DNA of 64,000 bases, from positions 275,466,001 to 275,530,000 of the forward strand of contig OZ024740.1 of NCBI GenBank assembly GCA_964016885.1. The letters are read 5' to 3'. Origin of the DNA: Eledone cirrhosa (lineage: Eukaryota). The translations under genes were made by a program, and so were the position numbers. Within the stretch, counting starts at the first letter, position 1. Each line of letters opens with the position of its first letter. Below are positions 49,768-64,000 of this stretch, piece after piece. Under the pieces are notes generated by a model. It was not told where the DNA came from and searched no databases. It saw only the letters and a program-made list of their open reading frames with translations.

Positions 49768-49945
49768 CATAGATACATATATATATATATATATATGTAT
49801 CTATGTATATTATATATATATATATATATATAGGAACAAGTAAGACCCCGGGGTCTTACTTGTTCCTATTACCCACTCTACTACCCTAAGTATTGAGTAC
49901 TTTGGTGCGTTATGGTCCACCTGGTTCCTTACCACATTTCCTTCG

Positions 49946-49976
<31 letters not shown>

Positions 49977-49987
<11 letters not shown>

Positions 49988-50655
49988 AAACGAAAAATCA
50001 GTGATGCATCTGAACTCAATTTATTGTGTTACAATTGTTTCGCCGGCGGACAGCTTGAGACGTGATCATTGTGTGGATCTGTCTGATTCTGGATCCGGAG
50101 GTTCGACAGACACGTCTAATGATTTCGGAGCATATTCTCTCACTGGGGTATCTGAGCCTCTAGGCCAGTACCATCAAAAACTTCATCCTCTTCGCGTGTC
50201 CTGTGATTGGCTGCTGGTTGTCTATGTCATCATAATTCTGACCACAGGTACCAGTCCACCGACCATCAGTGTGTGTGTGTGTGTGTGCGCGCATGGATGT
50301 GTGAACTACCAAACACAGCAGTAATTCATTGCAGTGTAGCAGACATGGGAGAGCTAACGCCCTGATGGTCAGCGGACTGGTACCTGTGGTCAGAATTATG
50401 ATGATGTAGACAACCAGCAGCCAATCACAGGACACGCGAAGAGAATAAAGTTTTTGATGGTACTGGCCTAGAGGCTCAGATACCCCAGTGAGAGAATATT
50501 CTCTGAAATCATTAGATGTGTCCATCGAACCTGCGGATCCAGAATCAGACAGATCCACACAATGATCACGTCTCAAGCTGTCCGCCAGCGAAACAATTGT
50601 AACACACAATAAATTGAGTTCAGATGCATCACTGATTTTTCGTTTTCTATTATAT
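49977..50655. mobile_element. Fold-back/MITE-like element with ~293-bp inverted arms and 92-bp spacer
   Basis: Arms 49977-50269 and 50362-50655 are reverse complements with scattered mismatches; abuts (TA)n. Confidence 0.85.
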
Positions 50656-50754
50656 CATATTCTGCTCTGTAAGAGCATAGAGTGCTCAACTGGCATACTG
50701 CCTATGGAAGCATCGTAGCTACCATCAGACATATATATATATATATATATATAT

Positions 50755-50897
50755 AAGTCTAAAGTCTGTCTTAAGCCAGAAGGCTCATTTGGCTGGGGCT
50801 TATTCTGGGGCTTATTCATGGCGTGAAGCGGCTGAGAGTACAGGACGCCAGTCCGTCGCAGGTACTCATTTTCAGCTGAGTATACTGGATCAACATG

Positions 50898-50900
<3 letters not shown>
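50755..50900 (-). mobile_element. 3' part of the SINE family seen at 60836
   Basis: CCAGTATACTCAGCTGAAAATGAGTA and AGACTTTAGACTT tail shared. Confidence 0.75.
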
Positions 50901-50932
<32 letters not shown>

Positions 50933-52689
50933 TCATTATTTAACATCTATTTATAAGGGCGGTGGATTGGCAGTACCGGTAGAGGGTCGGACACTATGCT
51001 TTGATGCATGGAGTTACAGCCCTGCCATTCTGAGTTCAAATCCTGCCAAGGTTAACTTTGCCTTTCATCCTTACGGGGTTGATAAAATAAAGTACCAGTA
51101 ATGCACTGAGTAATTGCTGGCCTTGTGCCAAAAGTAGAAACAATTATTTAACATCTATTTTTCAATGTTTTCATTGGTTAGATGGGTTGTTACATTATGA
51201 GACAAGTTAGATCAAGTGACCACGTTTTGATTATATGAATCCATATTTTGGCTTGGTTTCTATGACTGAATGCTCTTTCTTGCCCCAACCCCATTACAGT
51301 GTGGATTGTGTGCTTTTTTATCATAGCACAAACACCTAACAAGGTGGACTGGGTGCAGTTTTTGTTGTGTCACCATATCACCATACTAGGTGTATTAGCA
51401 CTTTTTATATCATGGCAACAGCATTGTGGGAGATCAGATGTAGATCATGTTCAATTTATATACCTGTATGTATAGATTGGGCAGAGGAGTGAGGGTTTGG
51501 TGTAGACAGACAAGTAATCAAGTTTGTCATGGATGAGGTGCATGGGATATTTAGCTGGTGAGGTGGGGGTTTTAATACTGGGGAGGGTGAATAGGGAGGA
51601 GAAAATAGATGATTGGTGCAGACTAGTGTCCTCTACATGTTTATTTCATCCTGTGCACATGGGAAGGTGGGTCTTCTGCAATAAAGTTTAACACTAGAGA
51701 TATCATGCTGTGTCATCTCCTTTGGGAGGTTTAATTGGAAAAGGTTAGCTTTAATCAATTCATCAAAAACTTTTCAAGGTCTTCCTCTTTCATAGTTTCC
51801 ATGAGCTTTGAGTTCCCTACATCTTTTTATAAAACTATGCCCCTCCATAAGCATCAGATGTCCATACCCAACCAATCTCTTCTCCTACACATTGCATCTG
51901 ACAAATCTTATACTTAGTTTTTCTCTCGGCTCACTGACACTTCACCAACCATTTAAACTACTATTATAGATCCATCAGGTATAAATTATCATCGTTATTT
52001 TATTGTGGATTGGAAGTATCGGTAGAGGGGCAGACACCATGCTTTCCAGCATAGTTATGTCCCTTTCCATTCTGAGTTCAAATCCCGCCGAGGTTGACTT
52101 TGCCTTTCATTCTTACGGGGTCAATAAAATAAAGTACCAGTAATACACTGGGTAATTGCTGGCCTTGTGCCAAATGTAGAAACAGTTATTTTACATACTT
52201 TTTTCCATGCTGGCTTGTGTTGTATGGATTATCATTAACTATGTTATTTTTTGTTCATAGTTACTTCCCTCTTAGACAGGTTGAGCACCACATCTCATTA
52301 ATACACTCTGCTTTTGACATATTTTCTATGGCTGGATGGCCTTCCAAATGCCAACCTATCTACAGTGAGTACTAAGAGCATTTTATGATGGCACCAGTAC
52401 AAGAGGTTTTTATCTTTTGTGGCATTTCTGAATAGTCCTCTCTAATATGTTATCTTCATTTTTAATTTACTTATATTGTTAAATTTTGTTGAAATCATAT
52501 CATATATTGCATAAAGTATCTATGAAAAAAATAAAATTTATGTTTATTCATAACTAAAATTTATTAATCATTGTTTCTATACTGTTTTGTTTAATTCTTC
52601 TAATGATAATGGCAACGATTTCAGTTCAACAAAGAAGGCTCTAATTTCACAATCCTTCCTTAACATCAAGTAAAAATTCCTTGCTTTAA

Positions 52690-52900
52690 AAACATTTTTT
52701 GCATCCAACATTGATTTAATGATTTGCCATAAATTTCTAATACATTTCAGGTCTGGAAATTGTCCAGACTAAAGCAAGGTCTCAATTTCATGATCTTTGA
52801 GAATCATTTCCATTAATTTGGCAGAATCAGCAGGAACATTATCATGTTGGTTTATTACTAGTTTGGGAATAAATAGGTTGGTTTACAAAGAAAAAAAGAT
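52690..52900 (-). pseudogene. Tc1-family transposase remnant
   Basis: QHDNVPADSAK...*SGQFPDLKCIRNLWQIIK resembles QQDNAP...WP..SPDLNPIENLW. Confidence 0.7.
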
Positions 52901-53587
52901 GCTTTTATAAAATTTCTTCTTCATATAATTGTGAAGTGATACTTTCATTGTAGAAGATGATATGGTACAACATATCAACTAGTGAAATTCCACAACAATA
53001 TTATTCAACATCCAGGGCAGCGGATTGGCAGTATCAGTAGAGCGTCAGGCACAAGGCTTGGCAAAATAGGGTTATGGCCCTTTATGTTCTAAGTTCAAAT
53101 CCCACTGAGGTTAGCTTTGCCTTTCATCCTTACAGGTTCAATAAAATAAAGTACTAGTAATGCACTGGGATAATTGCTGACCTTGTACCAAAAGTAGAAA
53201 CAAATATAATACAACACCTAATTTTGTTGTAGAACACAAAAAATGCTTTTGGATAGCAGTGTATTTTGTCGTCATCATTATCGTCATCATCATCATTATA
53301 ATCATTATTATTTTACATCTGTTTTACATGCTGGCATGAGCTAGTATTTTATTCTAGCATCAGCACCATTTATGTTGTATTGTCACCAGCAAATTTACGG
53401 CATCCTCTCTAGCATATATTTTCTCTGTTTTTTTATAGTAATATGTCAAAAAGGTTCATAAGAGAGGGGTCAAAATAGAAAAAAAAGCTAAACAAATTTT
53501 ATAAGAGGAAATCACATATACAAATTAATTACATTTTTATGAGGAATCCGGATTTTTACAGAGCTACCTTGCATTTCATTTTCAAAT

Positions 53588-54678
53588 TAATAATAATGAA
53601 ATTATTGTGTACAGTGCTCAGGTGCACTACAAATCATCAAAGATGCATATATAGTACATAGAATAATGTACAAATGTCATGAAAGTGAACAGTGTAAGGG
53701 TCATGATATACACACAGATACATGCATGCATGTGTATGGAGGGGGAACATCAGGTGTAGTGTTGGCGAATTTCAGGAAGCATGAAAGTTTTGAAGGATGC
53801 AATGTCCTGACAACTAACAACCAATGTTGGTAGTTTGTTCCATTCTTCAGCAACTCTGAGAGTCAAAAAATGTTTCCGAAAGTCATGTGAGCTCTGCTGT
53901 TTTCTGACTTTGTAGGCATGCCTACGGGTGTTAGACACATGGAATTCAAAAAGGTTCTCAGGGTTGTTGTTGGCAAGATGGTTAATAATTTTGTGGGTGT
54001 TTACCAAGTCAGTTGCCAGATGTCAGAGCTTCAATGTATCAATACCCAGGGAAGCAAGGTGTTCAGTGTAAGATAGATGCCTTGTGGAGAGTATTTGCTT
54101 GGTTGCACATCTCTGAACAGTTTCTAGGAGGTCATTATTCTGAGCAAGATAGGGGTTCCAGACTGGTGATGCAAATTCTAAGTGTGGCCAGACCACATCT
54201 ATATACTGATTTAAATAGATAGCTGGAGAGTGGCTGACAAAGGTCGTGCTGAGTGATGCCAAGACACCCTCAGCCTTCTTGAGAATTTTAGAGTTATGCT
54301 TCATCCAATGCAAATTGCTGCTGACAGTAATACCCAGGTCACATACACAAGAAGAGTTTTTGAGATTAGTGTTGTTGAGGGAGTATATATGGATGCTGGG
54401 TTTTTCCTCCCAAAATGCATGATTGAGTTGCCAGTCCATGATTCATTGCTGCATTGTATCCAGGTCTGATTTCAGGAAAGACGTATAGTGTTCAGGATCC
54501 TTACTATTTATCTCAAGGTACAGCTTCATGTCATTTGTGTATTTAAGCCCTGTGTCATTCTTTAAGTAGGCATCTATGTAATTAATATATGCAACAAACA
54601 AAAGGGGACCAATAACAGATCCATGTGGTTCACGAGATGACATCTCATAGGGTGAAGAATACTATCCCAGAACCGTGA
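53588..54678 (-). mobile_element. CR1-clade LINE, degenerate 3' part
   Basis: GSVIGPLLFVAYIN, PHLEFASPVWNPY, LETVQRCATK, HFLTLRVAEEWNKLP; short ATT tail. Confidence 0.9.
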
Positions 54679-56158
54679 TTTGTAGGAATCGAGTTGACTG
54701 CCCTCTATCCGGGGAATGACTTTCCAGTAACATTGTCTACAAATGTAAGGTCAAAACACCCATGTCTAGTAGGGCCTACATAGTGTTAACTGCCAATAGA
54801 TTCAAGCAGCATCTTTACATGCACACCCATTCTTTTCATAACCCTTTAAGAAGGAATATGACGTCACTTTCAACTTATTTCTGGAGTCTAAAAGACAACC
54901 ACACCCAATATAGGTTACACTGGGAGATTATAGCTAAAGCTATATCATATAACGGAAATAAAAGACCATGCGATCTTTGCGCTGCTGAAGCCCTGGAATT
55001 ACTCTACGCCAATGGTCACATCTTAAACAAAAAATCTGAGGCAATTTCGGCTTATAAACACAAATTACATAAAACTTTCCTGTATTACAGCCCCACATTA
55101 TACCCTTACGGATAGTACGAACAATACGCGGATAATTTACAACTTGGTGTGGTAGCTAAGTATATTTTATGTTTATACCATTACTTATTTGTATAGGTAA
55201 GTATATATTACCTGTATGTTTTGTGGAGGTACATATACTTTCTCGTATGTGTATATGCTTGTATTTGTTATAGGTGTATATATTATATATACTGGTATGT
55301 GTGTATATGGTTATGTGTATATGTGTATTTCGTTTTTGTGTGTGTATGTGTGTATGCGTGTTTGGACGTATGTAAGGTGTGTATATGTGTACATTGAGTT
55401 TTAGTATGTGTACGTTTGGTGAACATATCTGTATTTACCTGTAGGTATGTGTGTGTGGGCGTTATACACGTACTTATGTGTGTATATTTATATACGTTTG
55501 TATAATTATACACACATATATTTTTATATGTGTATTTGGTGTATACGTTCGTATGTGTGCGCCTGTTTATGTGTACGTTCATATATATGTATGCATGGCA
55601 TGTGTTTTCACATATGCACGTCTATGTACGTATATAGATGTGTGTTGACTTTGCCTTTCATCCTTACGGGGTCGATAAAATAAAGTACCAGTAATGCACT
55701 GGTTAATTGCTGGCCTTGTGCCTAAAGTAGAAACAATTATTTTAAGGTGAATTGGCAGTATCGGTAGAGGGTTGGACGCCATGCTTTCTAGCATAGTTAC
55801 GTCCCTTTACAGTCTGAGTTCAAATCCCGCCGAGGTTAACTTTGCCTTTCATCCTTACGGGGTCGATAAAATAAAGTACCAGTAATGTACTGGGTATTTG
55901 CTGGCCTTGTGCCTAAAGTAGAAACAATTATTTTAATAACCTCTGTCATTTTCGTTCCACTAATTTATTTACATTATTCTTAACTCCGAAGCCGAGAAAC
56001 TCATTCGGTTTCCTAAATAGAATAATAGTCTATGACTCCATTTATACCATAAACGTGGTTTTGTCTTTGCGTGTATTTGCTCTAGGGTTCTTATATATTT
56101 GACATATAGTTATCCTTATTGAGCCCTCTTTGGATTTTAGTCTTCACATTTATTATTA
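54679..56158 (+). mobile_element. Penelope-like element A (GIY-YIG part and 3' region), interrupted by two SINE A copies at 55644-55930
   Basis: CRNRVDCPL, NIVYKC, AYIVLTANRFKQ, CDLCAAE, LNKKSE. Confidence 0.88.
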
Positions 56159-56186
56159 TTACTATGTATGTATATATATATAATAT

Positions 56187-56287
<101 letters not shown>

Positions 56288-56351
56288 ATATATATATATA
56301 TGTATATATATGTATATAGATATGTATATATATATATATACATATATAATT

Positions 56352-58810
56352 GTAATAATAATATATTTGAAGAGTAAAATCCAAAGAGGGCACGATAAGG
56401 ATAAATATATATCAAATATATAAGAACCGTAGAGCAAATATTTATTAAAATAACAGATTAAAGTTTAAGCAAAGAATCGCTGCTTTCAGCCTTAACGGGA
56501 TCTTGTGAAACTAACAAAGTCAATCTGTAAACGCAGAAGTAAATATTTCGAAAAACGTTGCAACCGAAGGAAGACAGGAAACGTTTCCTGGTAAAGAACG
56601 AAAAAAAAACGAAAATAATACGTCATTATTTGGAGCGATGAAAACAAAACCACGTTTATGGTATAAATGAAGTCGTGGACTAATATTCTATTTGATGGTT
56701 CGTGGAGACGTTCTCTGGCAATGAATGGAAAAAACGAAGATAATACGTCATCATGTGGTGCGTTGAGAACAATTACACGCAAAGACAAAACCACGTAAAT
56801 GGTATAGCTGAAGTCGTTGACTAAAATTCTATTTAGGAAACCGAATGATTCTCGGCTTCAGAGTTAAGAATAATGTAAATAAATTACAGAGGTAATTGAA
56901 ATTAAATATATACAAGCACGCATCCATATGCGTACATACACATTCAAACGCGAAAACACCCGCCATGGGTAGACAAATACAAACACGTACAGAAAAACAC
57001 GCACGCACATACAGAAACCACGTACCACCTGTACCCGCACATATACGAACGTATACACCAAATACATATAAAAATATATATAAAGAAAATATATATATAT
57101 AAGTGTGTGTGTGTGTGTGCGTATACATATAATTATATAAACATATGTAAATATACACACATAAATATGTATATAACGCGCGCACTCACATACCTACATG
57201 TAAATACATATGTGTTCGCAGACATCGTCAACCAAGACACAAAGTACACATATACACACACCCTACACACGTACGAACACGCATACTCACACGGACGCAA
57301 AACTCACGTATACACATAACTATATGCACATGTACTAGTATATATAATATAATATATACGCTAAAAACAAATAACGAAACGAAATTAAATTTCGTTTCGT
57401 TTGTAACTCACTTTTGTATGACTGACATAATATATACGCCTTTAACATATACAAACAAATATACGTACTAGAAAGTATACGTATCTTCACAAAACATACA
57501 GGTAATATATACGTACCTATACAAATAAGTAATGGTATAAACATAACATATACTTAGCTACCAAATCAAGACGTAAAATATGTTTATGTTTACAAGTCAA
57601 AATTGTCTCAGATTTTTTGTTTAAGATGTATTCTTTGGCGTAGAGTATTTCCAGGGCCTCAGCGGCGCAGAGGTCACATGGTCTTTTATTTCCGTTATAC
57701 GATCTAGCCTTAGCTAGAATATCCCAGTGTAACTTATATTGGGCGTGGTTGTCTTTTAGACTCCAGATATAAGCTGAAAGTGACGTCATATTCCTTCTTA
57801 AAGGGTTAAGAAAAGAATGGGTATGCATGTAAAAACGCTGCTTGAATCTATTGGCGGTAAACCCTATGTAGCCCTACTGGACGTGGGTGTTTCAACCTTA
57901 CATTTGTAGACGATGTTACTAGAGAGGCATTTCACGGATAGGGGGCAGTCAACCCGATTCCTACAATTACAGTTAGTACTAGCTACAGGGTTGCACGTGT
58001 TCCTACGGCTATGTAATTTAGCTAAATTTGAAGCTGTGATGTTATGTGCAAGGTTAGGAGTCGTAGAGTAAGACATTTTAATGGTATTTCTATTAAAAAT
58101 GTTACTATATTTATGTAATGGGGGAAGTGCTTCATAATAAGGGAGAGAAAGATCTTAGCTAATGGTGTGGCCACCTCCATATTATATGGTGGGTTATACC
58201 ATATAATACGTCGGGATCTATTTTTCCTAGGTCTATTCACGTACTCAGTATATGCTACCTTATCGACAAATCCACTCCGAGCAAGAGCTTCATTGTAATA
58301 TGTGGAATGGTCGGTGAAAATAGGCTCGTTTGTATATAGACGGGAAAGCCTCAAAGAAACGTTTCTTACCAGGTTCTTGATTATGCTGGCAGGATGGTTA
58401 GAATGCTTACTTATGTAATTAAGCGAATCATTCGGCTTTCTATACGGGTAGTGCAAGCCATTCGACAAATTTAGGATAACGTCGAGGTAATTAACGACCC
58501 AGAGGTTAGCCTCAACCTGTATGGAGAGGTTGAAGCCTTTAAAGAAGGCTGTGAGTTCTTTTCTGAACCTGTCGCAAGCAAGTGTGCCGCACTTTGTCAT
58601 GGTCAAAAGACCGTCATCACGGTACAAACCACCGCCCACGTTGGGGAATTCTTCCGTTAAGGGTGAAAGCAGCGATTCTTTGCTTAAACTTTAATCTGTT
58701 ATCTGCCGTCGGGGTCATAATTTTTCCTATTACCCACTCTACTACCCTAAGTATTGAGTACTCTGGTGCGTTATGGTCCATCTGGTTCCTTACCACAATT
58801 CCTTCGTTAT
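56352..58810 (-). mobile_element. Penelope-like element B (RT C-terminus plus GIY-YIG), frameshifted, with inverted terminal segment
   Basis: GLYRDDGL, VNYLDV, SNHP, IIWYNPPY, NIVYKC, CDLCAAE; about 58650-58700 is the reverse complement of about 56450-56500. Confidence 0.9.
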
Positions 58811-60281
58811 ATATATATATATGTGAAAAAAATGGAGCGCTGCGTGGTTGCACATGGGTTACATATGAATAAAATTAGTCCTTCATCAGTGATCTTCCAA
58901 CTTTCATTTGTATTTCATCGCTTTAAAAATCATATACCTCTAGTTGACGCAAGCAATAACAAATAAAGTTATTGGGACAATAGTTTTTTTAAACTCATAA
59001 ATCATGCGTTAAATGAGACATTTAAGAGTTAGGGCAGACAATTATTCATAGTTTAATTATCAATGGCGCAATATTGTGGAAATATGCAAATCTACGCCTT
59101 TCTTTTTGGGAAAATGGAAGGCTTTACAAACAGGTATTCAGGGTTATTTGAGTAGAATTCTTACTTCTTAAATAATTGTACAGTCAAAAAAATATATGAC
59201 TATGTTTTTCACAATTTTTTTTTAAATCTTTCGACTTCAATGAAATTTAATGTGTATGTATTCGAACACAAGCACTTTTAGAAATGAGATGATAGGGACT
59301 AGGGTCCCTATCATTCCACTGCAAAGTGGTCGTGTAGGTGCCACGGCAAAAAAGCACCCAGCACTCACTGTAAATGAGGTTAGTGTTATGAAGGGCTTCC
59401 AGCTGTAGAAATCAAGCCAGAATCAGTTCCCGTATGAGCAAGATAAGGTCAGCCGACCAGACACTGCCCACTGTCTAACCCATGCTAGCGTGGAAGAATG
59501 GACGTAAAACGGTGATGATGATGATATATATATATATATTCTTTCTATTAGCAAATTTAAGGATTCTTTATATGTCTCTTAGTAATACTTGGGGCTCATG
59601 TAAAGAAAAGTGTTACAGACCTCTGCAATAGACAAGCATCTGCTCGGTGAAATATTACTCAGGTTAACTTATTTTATTTAAGGGTAGCTGATATATACTA
59701 ATGTATATGATTTTATGTTCTTATTTTCTGCATGAAACTGCATTAGCAAGATTTTCTTGAAAAGTATCAAGCAGCACTATGACTGCATAACTTTAACAAT
59801 TAAAGCAAGTCATTGACATAAAGCACTTCATGTGCATGTGTTGTTTTATTGGCACCATGACACTCGCAATGTACAACAATATATTTAATTTAGTTTACTG
59901 CAAATTTTCATAACAATCTGTCCACCAGTAAAGATACTATAAACATTTGAATTAAGAAACTTGGTTTTTAATATTTTCTGCTAAATTATTGAAGGCTGTT
60001 CATTAAATTTGGTCTAAGGTATATTTTTCCGTAAAACAAATTATAAACTTACTACTTATTCAATTTCCCTTTCCCACTCAATAACTATTACAGGTAGTGC
60101 CCCCAATGTAACTAATATTTACATAATCATATATTCTAATAACTGAATAACACTATAAACTATTGTCATTAATAATCTTTAATAAATTTATAACTGTTGG
60201 AGGTATCTTTTATAATTGTTATCTGAAAACCTTCTACTGTCCAGCTCTCCTGAAAGTTTCTTACCACTGTTTCTACTTATA

Positions 60282-60831
<550 letters not shown>

Positions 60832-60835
60832 CTTT

Positions 60836-61121
60836 GCAGAGGCACATGGCTTAGTGGTAAGGGTGTTGGATTCACAATCATAATGTCGTGGGTTCGATTC
60901 CTGGGTTGCGTGTTGTGTTCTTGAACAAAACACTTAATTTCACATTGCTCCAGTATACTCAGCTGAAAATGAGTATCAGCAATAGCTGGGGGTTTAACCC
61001 TGTGATGGACTAGCGTCCTGTCCAGGGAGGAGTCTTGTACTCTCAGTCACTTCATGCCATGAAACCAGGATAAGCACTGGCGAAATGACCCTTGTGGCTT
61101 AAGATAGACTTTAGACTTTAG
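60836..61121 (+). mobile_element. Full-length tRNA-derived SINE, second family
   Basis: A-box TGGCTTAGTGG, B-box GGTTCGATTCC, CCCTGTGATGGACTAGCGTCCTGTCCAGGG block, (CTTTAGA)n tail. Confidence 0.88.
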
Positions 61122-61811
61122 ATATAAGTATATATACCAAAGCAATGTTGATTTTCTTCAACTAGCTTCGGATACATATTTATATAATCACCCTGGTGAG
61201 TAACCTGCCTTTGAGTTGTAAATTGAAATTTTTTATTTATTTATACTAATTCAATTTATTTGTTTATTGTTTGCAACTCTACCTTAGTTTTTCAACAGAA
61301 GCATCCTAGTTGAGTGCTTTTGGCAAGTTTGATTTTTCAATTTTGTATTACTGCCATCATGTTTCCAAATTTAGTCAGGTCTTGCTTACCCCTTTATTAA
61401 TGTGAAGTCATGCATCACTAAAAATCTAGGTTTACTACTACACATGTTGATGATCATCACTGCTGCGTACTAGCTGACTAAATGGACCTTTCTGTTTGTG
61501 GGAGGTTAACACCTACCAAGGAAGAAATTTCCTGGCGTTACTTAATTTTTGTGAATGGTGGTTCCAGTTGGACTATTGTTTAACAGATCGGAATTACAGA
61601 AACAAATTCTTGGTCTACGATTGTGATATGGTGATATCATACATACACAAAGTCGTTTTTCTTACTAATTAACGAATGTGTACACTCTGAGTAATGAGTT
61701 TGTATTTTTAATAATACAAACTTAATTAAATCATTGAGTAAGTGAGGAAACAACCGAGAATGGGTTCATTTTCTCCGATATTTATACATATGTATGATTA
61801 TATGTATATGC

Positions 61812-61901
<90 letters not shown>

Positions 61902-62180
61902 TTATATATTTATATATATATTTATATACATATATATATATTTATATACAAATATATATATGTATAATATATATATATATATATATATACTCACAAAGAC
62001 ATTACTTGTACACATATACATGCCCATAGAGTGTAATAACCATGTTAAACAAATACATATGTGCGTGGATGAGAATAGCATTCCAGTGAATGTGTGTGTG
62101 CTTTTGTTTGTACACAGACTGACACACACACGCCAATGCACACATATATATATAAATATATACATATATATACATATATA

Positions 62181-62224
<44 letters not shown>

Positions 62225-62264
62225 TATATATATATATATATATATGCATATATATATATATATA

Positions 62265-62327
<63 letters not shown>

Positions 62328-62632
62328 TTATTATCAATACTTATCTCTCTGTCTTACACACATATACATGTACATAATATGACACCTATATGTACTCACA
62401 CATATTTAAGCCCACATACAAAGAACACCAATAAATTAACCAATTTTGAGCATCGAAGAACATCTTCACACTCAGTGGGTTGGAAAGTTATTTAGATGTA
62501 GCCTATTTCTGATGTACACCATGATAGAACAACACTCATACACACACACACACACATATGTATATATATATACATATATGTATATGTATATATATATACA
62601 CATATGTATATATATATACATATATGTATATG

Positions 62633-62681
<49 letters not shown>

Positions 62682-63190
62682 GATTCAGATGGAAACAACC
62701 TATCAAACCCATGCCAGCATGGGTTTGATAGGTTGTTTCCATCTGAATCAGTTCTTTTTCTTGATGTAACTGTCCGCCTACATTTGTTAGAGAACAATGC
62801 TTTGTACCTTGCTCTTACATCCCAGTTTTTTCATGGTTTTTACAGCTGGATGCTAACCATTTTAAAGGGTGTACAGCACGGTGGTATTAACACTAGAGAA
62901 CATGCCATACACAAGACAGTAGGGTGCCCTCTACTCTGCTTTGAATTTTTTGTTGTTCGTATTCAAGGCCAAAAATACCCAAGAGTGTAATTTGAAGGAG
63001 AGTGATGACCAAGATGTTAATTGAGGACAATGTATGAATGTAAGGGTTAATTGGGCGGGGGCAGATAGTGATAGGATGTATAATATTAGGAGATGGTTTG
63101 TGATAGATAATAAAAACGAAGTGTGTTTGTGATAGCTACAGAATACAACTATATTTTATTGTGTGGGTAAAATATATAGATAATATATAT

Positions 63191-63709
63191 GGTGGCTGCC
63201 AACTCGTTTTCGAGTACGGCCACTACTTTATATCCATGTAGGAGAACCCCTACCGATGCGCTAAACAAGTGTGACTTTTTAGTCCAGCCAGCGACTTGAA
63301 AACTCTGGTACAAACACTACACTTGTGACAATTATTGACACATAGTGCTGGGCCCATGGTACCATGTGACGACAAGTGCAGAGAGATCTCCTGATATAAA
63401 GCAATGCCTGTGCCGTGAAGCTTTTATAGTGAGTAAAGGCACTGCACAAAGCCAGTCCCACTCTCTTAACCAAGATGATATTTACCAAAAAGAAGAACAA
63501 GTCAACATCATTGGATACCATCAGGGTTGCAGGTGTTATATCAGAGTTTTCCTTCTCCTAGAATTCTGCCTTGACAAAGGCTAAGGGGTCATCTCTCCCG
63601 GTGATTTTGGATGGCCATTGACTCTTAAGAGCTCCTTTGCCCTTTGACAGGTTTTGTTTTTAGTCCCGCAGGATGTCCAAAGTCACCCTCCTCACCAAGA
63701 AAACTTGGT
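63191..63709 (-). mobile_element. Family C non-autonomous RTE derivative, colinear copy
   Basis: High similarity to both halves of 18871-19387. Confidence 0.88.
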
Positions 63710-64000
63710 AATATATATACACACACACATACTCACATAAGTTATCTTTCGTTTTTAAATTATTTAAATTCTTTCCATAACAAATGTGCTATTGTAACAC
63801 ATCTCCATTGATGGAATTTGGATATCAAAAACCAAAGTATTACATGTTGAACTTTAGAAAAGTCTTGCATAACTTTAATGTTCCATTTTCAAATTCTAGT
63901 AGTTGGTACCTTTCTATGCTCACAGTCCCTAGCAGTTGAAGATTACCATTTGAGACATTTATTAACACAAATAAATGCACCAATAATTATCAGTATATAT

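Noticed and set aside
60836-60910. Possible tRNA gene (also the SINE A heads)
   Set aside because: A/B boxes are present but continue into SINE body and tail, with no complete cloverleaf

Overview
AT-rich eukaryotic DNA made almost entirely of microsatellites and retroelements. From memory of such repeats it most resembles a cephalopod (octopus-like) genome; this is inference. There are no prokaryotic operons, CRISPR arrays, rRNA genes or true tRNA genes. Identifiable elements: an intact 3' half of an R4/Dong-type RLE LINE plus a near-identical short copy, both at (AAT)n; several Tx1/L1-type LINE copies with (ATT)n tails; about 30 copies of one tRNA-derived SINE whose 3' end resembles the Tx1 3' end; RTE, CR1, Penelope-like and Tc1 remnants; MITEs; and two minisatellites. 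A possible small-exon host gene can be threaded on the minus strand (36099 to about 4050), with an in-frame TGA in one exon. The two strongest patterns are (i) retroelement families that each associate with one microsatellite, including an apparent SINE/Tx1 partner pair that builds arrays by reusing its own target, and (ii) recurrent fold-back inverted duplications next to (TA)n runs. All alignments were done by eye, so boundaries of old repeats are approximate.
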